Source: Chloroflexota bacterium (lineage in GTDB: Bacteria > Chloroflexota > Dehalococcoidia > Lucifugimonadales > JADFKI01). Taken from it: a DNA stretch of 64,000 nucleotides. How positions within the stretch are numbered: position 1 is the stretch's first letter; every line of letters begins with the position of its first letter. The stretch spans positions 64,001-128,000 of the forward strand of contig JAQBUT010000001.1 of NCBI GenBank assembly GCA_027623195.1, read 5' to 3'. The position numbers and the translations under genes were made by a program. Under the pieces are notes generated by a model, which worked only from the letters and a program-made list of their open reading frames with translations, did no database searches and had not been told where the DNA came from. This document shows positions 19,802 through 29,470 of the stretch, one piece after another.

Positions 19802-21490
19802 ATGCCTACTCTTGTTGAACGGCGCTACACTTTAGTGGACGCGCTGCTTCGTCCGGAAGCGTATCCAGATGAGCCTACGAAAGTGACTCTACTTGAGACC
19901 CACGTATCATACCTTTTCTTCGTAGACGATGTGGTGTACAAGGTTAAGAAGCCAGTGGACTACGGTTTCCTGGATTTTACCAATCTGGGAAAACGGCGCT
20001 TCTACTGCGATCGTGAAGTAGCACTCAACAGCCGAATGTCCCCGGATGTGTACATGGGCGTCGTGCCAATTCGCCAAGACGGAAACGACATACGTGTTGA
20101 AGGTCCGGGCAAGACTATTGAGTACGCCGTGAAGATGCACCGGCTGGACGCCGACAAGGCGGTGTCTGAACTGCTGAGACGTGGCTTGCTTACCAGCGGA
20201 GACGTGCGCGCAATAGCCCGAAAGGTCGCTCGATTTCACGAGACAGCCGCCACAGGCACAGAGGTAAACGATCTGGGCGATCTTTCCTCAATACGGCGAA
20301 ACATTGAAGAAAACTTTGAGCAAACCGAACGGTTCATTGGTAAAACGATTACCTCTGACGAGTACGAAGACCTGGTGGAGTACAGCCGGGCCTTTATGCG
20401 CAAAAATGCAACGATGTTCCGACTGCGCACACGCCAAGGTCGAATCAGAGACGGCCACGGTGACCTCCACGCATCCAACATTTTTTTGGGTGGAGAGCCA
20501 GAGGCCATGCCAAAAGACGGCCTTGGGGCAGTGGCGGACGCCGAACGAGAGGGCCTGCTAAGGATTGAGCCCGTCAGTATATTGCCCGAAAAAATCCACA
20601 TCATAGACTGCATAGAGTTCAACGACCGGTTCCGCTGCGCAGACGTTGCCGAAGATATAGCATTCCTGGCCATGGACCTGGACTATTTCGGCCGACCCGA
20701 CCTTTCTCGCGAATTCGTGGAGGCCTACGTAGAGGCGTCGGGAGACACCGGTGTTATGGCGTTGATGGATTTCTTCAAGACGTACAGGGCCTACGTTCGT
20801 GGGAAGGTGACAAGTTTCCGGCTGGATAATCCCGACCTCACAAACGAAGAGAGGCTAAGCGTCGCGGGGGAGGCGGAGGCGTACTTCCGGCTGGCCCGAA
20901 GCTACGCGCTGCTGTCCGTTCCCAGGCCCGCACTGTTCATAGTGGGAGGCCTCATGGGAACGGGCAAGAGTTCCATCGCCGAGGAGTTGGCCAACCGCTG
21001 GGATCTGCATTACATTTCGTCCGACCTGACAAGGAAGCGTCTGGCGGATGTGGCCGCGACGCAACATCGGTACGAGGAGTACGGAGAGGGCATCTACTCC
21101 GCCGAGTACACACGGATGACGTACGAAGTCATGCTGGATGAGGCGCGAGGCAGGCTGGCAAGTGGTGAGCCTGTGGTGGTGGATGCGACGTTTCGCGCGG
21201 TTGAAGAACGCCAAAGATTCTCGGATGCAGCGGCATCACTGCGACTGGAGACTTTCGTAGTAGAGTGCACTGCTGCCGAGGGGGAAATCAAACGCCGCCT
21301 GGAGGCCAGAATAACGCACGCCGAAGAGACCATCTCCGACGGCAGATGGGAGCTTTACCGCAGGCAACAAGCCGACTGGGAGCCCATCACAGAGGTCCGC
21401 GCCAATCGCCTGGTGCAACTGGACACCACAGGTCCACGAAGCGAGAATCTTCGCAAGCTTGTCGGGGAGATTTTCTTCAGGGTAATGTAG
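19802..21490 (+). CDS. Aminoglycoside phosphotransferase-like + AAA/gluconate-kinase fusion (Rv2004c-like)
   Basis: ETHVSY, YKVKKPV.YGFLDF, RDGHGDLH, DCIEFN.RFR; C-terminal GLMGTGKS and VVVDATF. Confidence 0.85.
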   Translation: MPTLVERRYTLVDALLRPEAYPDEPTKVTLLETHVSYLFFVDDVVYKVKKPVDYGFLDFTNLGKRRFYCDREVALNSRMSPDVYMGVVPIRQDGNDIRVEGPGKTIEYAVKMHRLDADKAVSELLRRGLLTSGDVRAIARKVARFHETAATGTEVNDLGDLSSIRRNIEENFEQTERFIGKTITSDEYEDLVEYSRAFMRKNATMFRLRTRQGRIRDGHGDLHASNIFLGGEPEAMPKDGLGAVADAEREGLLRIEPVSILPEKIHIIDCIEFNDRFRCADVAEDIAFLAMDLDYFGRPDLSREFVEAYVEASGDTGVMALMDFFKTYRAYVRGKVTSFRLDNPDLTNEERLSVAGEAEAYFRLARSYALLSVPRPALFIVGGLMGTGKSSIAEELANRWDLHYISSDLTRKRLADVAATQHRYEEYGEGIYSAEYTRMTYEVMLDEARGRLASGEPVVVDATFRAVEERQRFSDAAASLRLETFVVECTAAEGEIKRRLEARITHAEETISDGRWELYRRQQADWEPITEVRANRLVQLDTTGPRSENLRKLVGEIFFRVM

Positions 21491-21493
21491 GGG

Positions 21494-22456
21494 TTAGGCG
21501 GTTACGTACCTATTAACACCTGCCAACAAGCGATAGCATGTTTCCAAGGTCGGCGTCGCTATGCCCAATTTCCCTGCCTCTTTAAGAGCATACCCCAATG
21601 TCTCCTCTACCTCAATACGACGTCCGCGCTCCAAGTCCTGAAGGGTCGATAACTTGTGGGTTGGAGCGACTGATTCAAAATACCGGCCCATGGCCTGGAT
21701 CTGCTCTACCGTCTCGTCAAACGGCACAGAACAAAGAGTTTTTGCCGGCAAGGGCGGGATATCCTCAAGAACGATACCCAGTTTTTCCGGGATGCGAGCA
21801 ATCTCCCGCAGTAAACCTGCCATTAAGTGAGAGTGATCAGGGTCGGAAAGAAATTTGTACGTTTCCAAACGGGTGAGTGCTGACATAGCTACAATGGCCA
21901 TCCAGGGCACAAACTTGGACCATTCCATGCTGACTATGTGGTCGCTGACTTGCGCTCCGACCCCAGATTTTACTAACGCATCAACTATCTCATGGACGCG
22001 CTGAGTCTTCTCTCCCAGGAGTTCCCCGATATATATACTCTCATTTATTGTGAATTCTACTTCTCCGTTAGGCCGTAGCTCCCCGCTTGCAGCGGTCGCA
22101 ACCCCTAGGGTGGCCTGCTGGCCAAATACCTCAGAAATCTGCTCATCCTTCATCACTCCGTTTTGAACAGACAGCACGCTCCGCGCGTTGACGTGCGCAA
22201 CGCTGGCTAATGCTTCATCCATGTCATATGTCTTGACCGTAATGATGAGAACATCGACATCCGTTAGCAGCATGGGATCGGTAACAACAGTGCAGGGGAC
22301 ATTGATGTCGGATAGACCGGTGATGGTGAATCCGTGTCCCTTCAGGTGTGCGGCGCGGCTCCCACGAGCGATTACCTGAACATCATACCCAGCCTTGATC
22401 AGATGCGCAGCTATGATAGAGCCCAGTGCTCCAACTCCCAGAACAGCGAATTTCAC
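21494..22456 (-). CDS. panE: 2-dehydropantoate 2-reductase (ketopantoate reductase family)
   Basis: GVGALG, VKTYD, SVQNG, EWSK, STLQDLERGRRIE. Confidence 0.8.
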   Translation of the reverse strand: MKFAVLGVGALGSIIAAHLIKAGYDVQVIARGSRAAHLKGHGFTITGLSDINVPCTVVTDPMLLTDVDVLIITVKTYDMDEALASVAHVNARSVLSVQNGVMKDEQISEVFGQQATLGVATAASGELRPNGEVEFTINESIYIGELLGEKTQRVHEIVDALVKSGVGAQVSDHIVSMEWSKFVPWMAIVAMSALTRLETYKFLSDPDHSHLMAGLLREIARIPEKLGIVLEDIPPLPAKTLCSVPFDETVEQIQAMGRYFESVAPTHKLSTLQDLERGRRIEVEETLGYALKEAGKLGIATPTLETCYRLLAGVNRYVTA

Positions 22457-22523
22457 AGGAAATTACTCCTCATTAAGTCCGTTGGTAAAAACCTATCAGA
22501 TTGCCGTCGGTTCAAATCAACTG

Positions 22524-23000
22524 CTAACTCTGCTCCATTCCCATTTTCAGTATCCTGTCCCACTGCTTCTTCGTAACCGACTGGATGGACAGGCGGGAGT
22601 TGTTGACCAGCACCATGTCCTCCAAGCCTTTGGTGTTCCTGATCTCCTGAAGGGTTACGGGGCGCTTGAGTTCGATGCCTGCCTTGATGTCCACCATGTA
22701 CCAGATGGGAGCGTCCGGCGTGCTCTTTGGGTCAGGGTGCTCCGAGTCCGGGTCCCAGGCCGTGTCGTCGGGGTAGCCCTCCTGAACGACCACAGCTGTG
22801 CCGACTATGGCATTGGGCTTGGCGTTGGAGTGGTAGAACAGCACACCGTCGCCGATCTTCATCTCATCTCGCATGTAGTTCCGCCCGGTGTAGCTGCGAA
22901 CGCCGTCCCACTCTGCCGTCTGGTCTTCCTCTTTCTGAAGGTGGGAGTATGAATAGGCGCCGGGCTCCGACTTCATAAGCCAATATCGTTTTGCTGCCAT
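22524..23000 (-). CDS. EVE domain protein
   Basis: YWLMKSEP, WDGVRSY..RNYMRDEMKIGDGVLFYHSN, RLSIQSV. Confidence 0.9.
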   Translation of the reverse strand: MAAKRYWLMKSEPGAYSYSHLQKEEDQTAEWDGVRSYTGRNYMRDEMKIGDGVLFYHSNAKPNAIVGTAVVVQEGYPDDTAWDPDSEHPDPKSTPDAPIWYMVDIKAGIELKRPVTLQEIRNTKGLEDMVLVNNSRLSIQSVTKKQWDRILKMGMEQS

Positions 23001-23250
23001 AGTGTTCCTTATTCACATTTATTTAGGGTTTGGAGTCCCTATCATGAGTCTGATTATAACGAACCTACGGAAGGGATAATAACAAGCTGCCGCTTCAACC
23101 ATAAAGGAGGGCCGGCAGAGCGGTTGATGGTAATGTAATAAGGGGGAAATCTCAAGGCATGTTGTTAAATTCAACAAACGTCCGCACCATGACCTTGTAT
23201 AGTAGCCCACCATGGCATTTATGCCTGATAAATATACACGGAGGCAAAAG

Positions 23251-23733
23251 GTGGCCAAATTCGCCGTAGAATCCCGAATCGATGTCCCCAAGGCCCGGGT
23301 GTGGGAGGTGTTATCCAACCTGGGGAGTATATACAAGTGGAACCCTGGCGTTACCAGTTCCCATTCAACGTCGGAGTCCGGCAGCGGCGAGGGCGCGACT
23401 CGCCACTGTGACATCAGCAACGGCCCCATTAAGGGCTACCTTGAAGAGCGCGCTCTTGACTGGCGCGAGGGCGAAGGCTTCAAGATTGACATTTATGATA
23501 CAAACCTCCCTCTCAAAAGCAACGTGGTGGAGTTCTCGGTGAGGGCCGACGGCGAAAGCACGGTAGTTACTGTTTCGCCGGAATATACGATCAAGTTCGG
23601 CATTGTGGGAAAGCTTATGGACGCTCTGATGATGCGGCGGCAGATGAGGAAGGGCATGGAGGGGCTATTGGCGGGCCTAAAATACCACGTCGAAACGGGC
23701 AACGAGGTGGGGAATAAGGTTCCGGCGGTGTAA
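23251..23733 (+). CDS. SRPBCC / polyketide cyclase family protein
   Basis: IDVPKARVWEVL....IYKWNPGV, GEGATRHC; GTG start after GGAGG. Confidence 0.75.
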   Translation: MAKFAVESRIDVPKARVWEVLSNLGSIYKWNPGVTSSHSTSESGSGEGATRHCDISNGPIKGYLEERALDWREGEGFKIDIYDTNLPLKSNVVEFSVRADGESTVVTVSPEYTIKFGIVGKLMDALMMRRQMRKGMEGLLAGLKYHVETGNEVGNKVPAV

Positions 23734-23848
23734 GGCGCAAAGGTCTCGTAATATCCCTCGACTGTCATTTACTGTAAAATCCAACAGAACCTACGAATTG
23801 ACGGAAGTTTAACGCACTCGTACGCCAGATGAGAATACGTGGGTACAT

Positions 23849-26365
23849 TTGACAGCCTCAGACGTCGATGCAGCAAATAAAATATACACTCCCGGGGAGT
23901 TCCTTGGATTCGAGCCGGGTGAGGACCGTCGATTAGCCGACTGGCCTCAGATCGTCGACTACTTCCACATGCTGGGCCGCCTGTCGGACAGGGTCATCAC
24001 CGAGGACGTCGGCAAGACCACCGAAGGCAATCCTTTCCTCATAGCCACCATCTCCTCCCCCGATAACCTGGCGAATCTCGAAATGTACCGCGCCATCCAG
24101 AAGAGGCTGGCCGACCCACGGACTATCGGGGATGACGCCGAGGCCGACCGATTCATCTCGCAGGGCAAGGCCATTGTCGCCGTTACGTGCAGCATACACG
24201 CCACGGAGGTGGGCGCGACCCAGATGTCGCCACTGCTGGCGCACCACCTGGCCACCAGCGACGACGAAGAAGTGCGACGCATCCTGGATGAAGTAATACT
24301 GCTGCTAATCCCCTCCCTCAATCCCGATGGTCTGATATCCGTCAAGAAGTGGTACGACAGCACAATCGGCACGTCCTACGAAGGGGTCATGCCGCCGTTC
24401 CTCTACCACAAGTACACGGGCCACGACAATAATCGGGACTGGTTCATGTTCACGCAGGCGGAGACCAGGCTGGTCCTGAAGCACTGCCTAAACGCCTGGC
24501 ACCCGCAGATTCTTTACGACCTTCACCAGACGCGGTCGACCGGTATGCGCATGATTTTGCCTCCCTTCGTGGACCCTGTCGGGCCTAACGTTGATCCTAT
24601 ATTGCAGAGCGAACTGGCCATGCTGGGCTCCTCAATCGCCTCCGAGCTTACGGCTCAGGGCAAGGCTGGCGTTGCCATTAACGTCGTGTACGACGCTTAC
24701 AGCCCCAATCGAACTTATCAGCATTACCACGGTGGCATACGCCTTCTGTCAGAGGCTGCCAGCGTCAAAATTGCATCGCCGATAGAGCTTCAAAGTAATC
24801 AAATCAGTTCGGACCGAGGAGAGTCACCATCCGCGAAGTCTTGGAACCATCCCATGCCGTGGAATGCAGGCACCTGGCGGCTTCGAGACATCGTGGACTA
24901 CGACTTCGCGGCGGTGATGGCATGCCTGAATAACGCCGCCCGAAACAGAGACACCTGGTTGCGGAACTTCTACAGGGTAGGCAGAGCGGCCATGGCTGCC
25001 AATGGAAGCCCTTTCGCATTCCTAATACCGGAAAAGCAGCGGGATGCCCACGCGGCTTCGGAGTTACTCAACGTTATGAAGATGGGCCTGGTGGAGATTC
25101 AGGAGGCCGTACAGCCATTTCAGGCGGACGGCATCACATACTCTCCAGGCACCAAGGTTATTCTGACCTCGCAACCGTATGGAGCCTTTGCCAAGACTCT
25201 TCTGGGCCCACACATTTACCCGGATTCGCGGGCTGAGTCTGACGGCTCTCCCATAACGCCGTACGACGTTACCGCTCACTGCTTGCCTATCAAGATGGGC
25301 GTGGACGTCTACGAGGCGAAGTCACCGTTTATTGCGGAGTTGAAAAGACTGGGGAGTGTTCAGCCGCCCAAAGGCCGCGTGCTGGTGAACGGCCACGACA
25401 AGGTGGAGGCCTACCTCCTTCGGCCAGAGACAAACGCCAGCTTCCGAGCAATCAATCGCATACTGGAAACCGGCGCCAAGGTTTCGTGGGCCAGAGAGCC
25501 CATCCGCATGAATGGCAGCCACTTTCCGCCGGGCACCTTCGTGGTTCATGGCGGCAACGGTATGAGCAAACTCGCGGAGTCCATAGCAGCCGAAGAGTCG
25601 TTGGACCTCACGGCAGCGCCGGAGGTTCCATACATGGTCGCGTTCGGTCTATCCATGCCTCGAATTGGTCTGTACAGGAGCTACGTGCCTGCCGTGGAAG
25701 AGGGCTGGACCCGATACATATTAGACGACTACGAATTTGGCTACCAGTCGATCAACGACAGCGATATTCAGCAGGGCGACCTCCACCAGCGGTTCGATGC
25801 AATAGTGCTGCCCCATCAGCACACCCGCCAAATGCACCAAGGCCATAGCGCTAGCTACTACCACCCGGACTACACAGGGGGGTTGGGAGATAAGGGCGCG
25901 GAGAAGCTGAAGACATTCGTAGAGGAGGGCGGTACACTAGTCACGTGGGATAGTTCCTCCAGATACGCAATCAGGCACCTGGAGTTGCCCATTAAAAACA
26001 TGCTGGCTGGCTTCTCCCGCAGCGAGTTCTTCGCGCCGGGCACTCTGGTGCGCATGCTTCTTGATACCAACCACCCCCTGGCATACGGCATGCCGGACAG
26101 GGCTGCGGCAATGTTCTTCAATGGCCCGGCCTTCGACGTGAGTGAGGGTAGGGTGGTCGGCAAGTATCCCCTCAGAAATCCGTTGTTAAGCGGCTTGCTC
26201 ATCGGCCCGGAGAAGCTTTACGGTCGCACGGCTCTGGCCACAGTGCCCCTGGGCAAAGGCCAGGTTGTTCTCATGAGTTTCAGGGTCCACTTCCGGGCGC
26301 AGGTCCGCAACACATACAAGATACTGTTCAACTCGCTGTACCACAGCGCGGTAGCTCCAGAGTAA
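23849..26365 (+). CDS. M14 family zinc carboxypeptidase with C-terminal glutamine-amidotransferase-like domain
   Basis: SIHATE (HxxE), PSLNPDG, GHDNNRDWF, YDLHQ. Confidence 0.85.
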   Translation: MTASDVDAANKIYTPGEFLGFEPGEDRRLADWPQIVDYFHMLGRLSDRVITEDVGKTTEGNPFLIATISSPDNLANLEMYRAIQKRLADPRTIGDDAEADRFISQGKAIVAVTCSIHATEVGATQMSPLLAHHLATSDDEEVRRILDEVILLLIPSLNPDGLISVKKWYDSTIGTSYEGVMPPFLYHKYTGHDNNRDWFMFTQAETRLVLKHCLNAWHPQILYDLHQTRSTGMRMILPPFVDPVGPNVDPILQSELAMLGSSIASELTAQGKAGVAINVVYDAYSPNRTYQHYHGGIRLLSEAASVKIASPIELQSNQISSDRGESPSAKSWNHPMPWNAGTWRLRDIVDYDFAAVMACLNNAARNRDTWLRNFYRVGRAAMAANGSPFAFLIPEKQRDAHAASELLNVMKMGLVEIQEAVQPFQADGITYSPGTKVILTSQPYGAFAKTLLGPHIYPDSRAESDGSPITPYDVTAHCLPIKMGVDVYEAKSPFIAELKRLGSVQPPKGRVLVNGHDKVEAYLLRPETNASFRAINRILETGAKVSWAREPIRMNGSHFPPGTFVVHGGNGMSKLAESIAAEESLDLTAAPEVPYMVAFGLSMPRIGLYRSYVPAVEEGWTRYILDDYEFGYQSINDSDIQQGDLHQRFDAIVLPHQHTRQMHQGHSASYYHPDYTGGLGDKGAEKLKTFVEEGGTLVTWDSSSRYAIRHLELPIKNMLAGFSRSEFFAPGTLVRMLLDTNHPLAYGMPDRAAAMFFNGPAFDVSEGRVVGKYPLRNPLLSGLLIGPEKLYGRTALATVPLGKGQVVLMSFRVHFRAQVRNTYKILFNSLYHSAVAPE

Positions 26366-26507
26366 CAGCTTTTCAATATTCAACGAAGCTCACTCCAATT
26401 ATTTTCACATTTCGGTGGCTGGTTGCCCTTTTCGATTCGCCCCATTAAAGTAGCCCCATTATCTGGCCTAACATCATTTACGCAGTCCATTACTCAGGAG
26501 GTTTCCG

Positions 26508-28043
26508 ATGCCGTCTTCACTGGTTCGAGGCAAGTACGTAGTTTGCAAGGTCAACGACGATAGCAGCAGTCATGTCATTGAGGACGGGGCAGTATACCAG
26601 CGGGACGGGGAGATACTGGACATTGGGTCCTACGCCGACCTCAAGGCTAGGCACAACGCCGATGAGGAGATAGGTTCGTCCAACTTCGCCGTCATCCCTG
26701 GCCTGATCAACGCCCACCACCACGTTGGCCTGACGCCGTTTCAACTAGGCGCGCTGGACGCACCACTGGAGACCTGGATCGTCGCTCGCTGGGCCTTGCG
26801 GGATGTGGACCCGTACCTGGACACGCTCTACTGCGCCATGCAGATGATCGAGTCGGGCATCACCACCGTCATGCACAACCAGATGATGGCCCGCCTTCCC
26901 AACGACGAGGGCCTGTTCGATTCCAGCGCCCGCATTATCGACGCATACCAGGACTCCGGCATGCGAGTGGCCTTCTCGCTATCGCACCGCGATCAGAACC
27001 ATCTGGTCTACGAGGACGACGAGCGATTCTTCAATACGCTGCCCGAATCCCTGGCATCCGGCGTACGCGATTACCTGGGCGGACGACCGATCTCCATGGA
27101 AGACCACCTGTCCGTCACAGCCGAGCTTCTGGATAAGAAGCAGTCGGACCGAACCCGAGTCTTTATCAGTCCCCATAACGTGCACTGGTGCTCAGACTCC
27201 ATGTTGCGGGAGATCAAGAACTTCGCCACGCGACACTCCACGGGAATTCACATACACCTGCAAGAGACGGTCTACCAGAAGATGTACGGCACCCGCAACT
27301 GGCAGAAGACCCCGCTTGCGCATCTATACGACCTTGGGTTCCTCGGGCCTGAGGTTTCCTGCGCTCACGGAGTGTGGGTGACGGAGTCGGACATGGACAT
27401 CCTGGCGGAGACAGGGACGGCCATCTGTCACAACCCAAGCTCCAACCTGCGTCTGAAGAGCGGGGTAGCCCCGGTGAACCGCATGCTGGAAAAGGGCGTC
27501 ACAGTGGCGCTCGGAATAGATGAGGCGGGCCTCAACGACGACAACGATATCCTGCAAGAGATGCGGGTGGCGCAGAAGGTGCACCGCGTCCCAGGCGTGA
27601 CCAGCGCAAGCCCAAGCTCCCACCGCATCCTGGACATGACCACGGTGAACGGTGCCAAAGTAACCTTCTTCGGTAACGAGGTTGGCACGCTGGAAATAGG
27701 CAAGCGTGCAGATATAGTGCTGGTGGACCTGGAACGAATTCAAGAGCCCTATCTGGATCCGGGCACAAACATCGTCGACGCTCTGGTATACAGGGGCAAA
27801 GGCATCGACGTGAACACAGTCATTGTGGATGGCGAGGTGATTATGCGAGACCGAAAGATAACCCGCGTGAAAAAGGAAGAGATTTCGGCCAAGCTAAAGG
27901 AATCTCTAAGCAGACCCCTCACTGCGGGCGAGCTAAATCGTACCGGCCTCAGCAAGGAACTCCTGCCTCACATTCAGCGCTGGTTCGAAGGCTGGGAGCT
28001 GGAGGTCGGTGCGCCCCACTACCACTACAACGAGCGAGGGTGA
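26508..28043 (+). CDS. Metal-dependent amidohydrolase (MtaD/AtzA-like deaminase family)
   Basis: PGLINAHHH, HIHLQE, CAHGVW, HNPSSNLRL, LGID. Confidence 0.85.
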   Translation: MPSSLVRGKYVVCKVNDDSSSHVIEDGAVYQRDGEILDIGSYADLKARHNADEEIGSSNFAVIPGLINAHHHVGLTPFQLGALDAPLETWIVARWALRDVDPYLDTLYCAMQMIESGITTVMHNQMMARLPNDEGLFDSSARIIDAYQDSGMRVAFSLSHRDQNHLVYEDDERFFNTLPESLASGVRDYLGGRPISMEDHLSVTAELLDKKQSDRTRVFISPHNVHWCSDSMLREIKNFATRHSTGIHIHLQETVYQKMYGTRNWQKTPLAHLYDLGFLGPEVSCAHGVWVTESDMDILAETGTAICHNPSSNLRLKSGVAPVNRMLEKGVTVALGIDEAGLNDDNDILQEMRVAQKVHRVPGVTSASPSSHRILDMTTVNGAKVTFFGNEVGTLEIGKRADIVLVDLERIQEPYLDPGTNIVDALVYRGKGIDVNTVIVDGEVIMRDRKITRVKKEEISAKLKESLSRPLTAGELNRTGLSKELLPHIQRWFEGWELEVGAPHYHYNERG

Positions 28044-28168
28044 ACCTTGCTACGTCACTGCTGCTTGACGCACCGCTGGTAACATTCGATAATCGCCTCC
28101 AACGAGCATACGAAGCCATGGCTTGATCACTTCTTAACTACACCACTCATGCAAATCGGGAGGCGTTT

Positions 28169-29380
28169 ATGACACAGCAGGCAGACGCAAAAAACATCAG
28201 GCTGATATCCCAGCACCAGCTGGACGGATTCGGCAACGGCGGCGAGGGCCTGGCCCTACAAAAGACCGCCGATGGCCGGCGCATCATGTACGTTGCACAC
28301 GAGTGCGCTCCCAAGGACTTCACGGCGGTGGACGTCACCGACCCCAAGAACCCGTTCACGGTTGTGCAGACAGACCTCCCCCACAGCGACGTCCGGTCCA
28401 ATTCTCTGGACCTCGTTGGCGACATACTGCTGGTGGCGTATCAGACGGTCCGGCCCGGCCTTAAACCGGCAGGCATGGGAATCTACGATGTCAGCGACCC
28501 GGCCAATCCCAAGCAGATTTCCTTCTTCGACACGTCGGGGCCACACTCACGTGGCGCGCACTGCCTGTGGTACGTTGACGGCCACTACGCCCACCTGACC
28601 ACCGGCGCAGCAGACTTCGAGCCCCACAACCAGCTAGATGACCAGTTCCACATGATCGTGGACGTTAGCGATCCCGCCAATCCTCGGGAGGTCGGCCGCT
28701 GGTGGCTGCCAGGAACCCGCAAGGGCGATGCCGAGGCCCCGCCCGTAAGGCACACGCTCAAGGACACCGGCTTCCGTTTGCATAACGTCAACATCTACCC
28801 GGACCATCCTGACAGGGCTTACCTGGGGTACATAGACGGCGGAGCGATCATCCTGGACACGTCCGACTTCAGCAACATCAAGATGATCAGCCGTCTGGAC
28901 TACCATCCTCCAATGCCGGGGTTCAGCCACACTATGCTGCCGCTGTTCGAACGAGGACTCGCTATTGTCAGTGATGAGGCTATTACAGAGGACCTGAGCG
29001 ATCACCCCAAGCTCAGTTGGGTTTTGGACATTCGCGACGAGACCAATCCCATTATCATCAGCACGTTACCTATGCCTCCTGTAGAGGATTTTGGTCATCG
29101 GCCAGGACGCTTCGGCGCGCACAATCTTCACGAGAACCGACCTGGAGACAATTCCTGGTTCTCGGACACCATCATCGTAGGAGCCTACTTCAACGCGGGC
29201 ATCCGAGTCCACGACATCACCGACCCGTTCCGACCAGAGGAGATTGCCTACTACGTACCGCCTGCGTCCGACCCAGAGAAGGGCATCAATATCAACGACG
29301 TTTTCATAGACGAGAACAGGCTGCTTTATGCCATCGACAGGTTCAAGGGCGGCCTCTACATCCTCGAAATGGATATTTAA
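28169..29380 (+). CDS. LVIVD-repeat beta-propeller protein
   Basis: Repeated DVTDPKNP / DVSDPANP / DITDPFRP units; FGAHNLHE, YFNAGIRV. Confidence 0.75.
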   Translation: MTQQADAKNIRLISQHQLDGFGNGGEGLALQKTADGRRIMYVAHECAPKDFTAVDVTDPKNPFTVVQTDLPHSDVRSNSLDLVGDILLVAYQTVRPGLKPAGMGIYDVSDPANPKQISFFDTSGPHSRGAHCLWYVDGHYAHLTTGAADFEPHNQLDDQFHMIVDVSDPANPREVGRWWLPGTRKGDAEAPPVRHTLKDTGFRLHNVNIYPDHPDRAYLGYIDGGAIILDTSDFSNIKMISRLDYHPPMPGFSHTMLPLFERGLAIVSDEAITEDLSDHPKLSWVLDIRDETNPIIISTLPMPPVEDFGHRPGRFGAHNLHENRPGDNSWFSDTIIVGAYFNAGIRVHDITDPFRPEEIAYYVPPASDPEKGININDVFIDENRLLYAIDRFKGGLYILEMDI

Positions 29381-29409
29381 GAACCAGGCTAGGGGATACT
29401 GCAAAGCAA

Positions 29410-29447
29410 AAGAGCCGGACCGCTTTCTAATTTGCGGTCCGGCTCTT
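29410..29447. terminator. Terminator hairpin between convergent genes
   Basis: AAGAGCCGGACCGC-N10-GCGGTCCGGCTCTT. Confidence 0.8.
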
Positions 29448-29470
29448 GTCTTCCTAACTAGATACAGAAA

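Noticed and set aside
22524..23000. EVE domain as part of a modification-dependent restriction system
   Set aside because: Stand-alone EVE protein in a housekeeping context with no fused or adjacent nuclease
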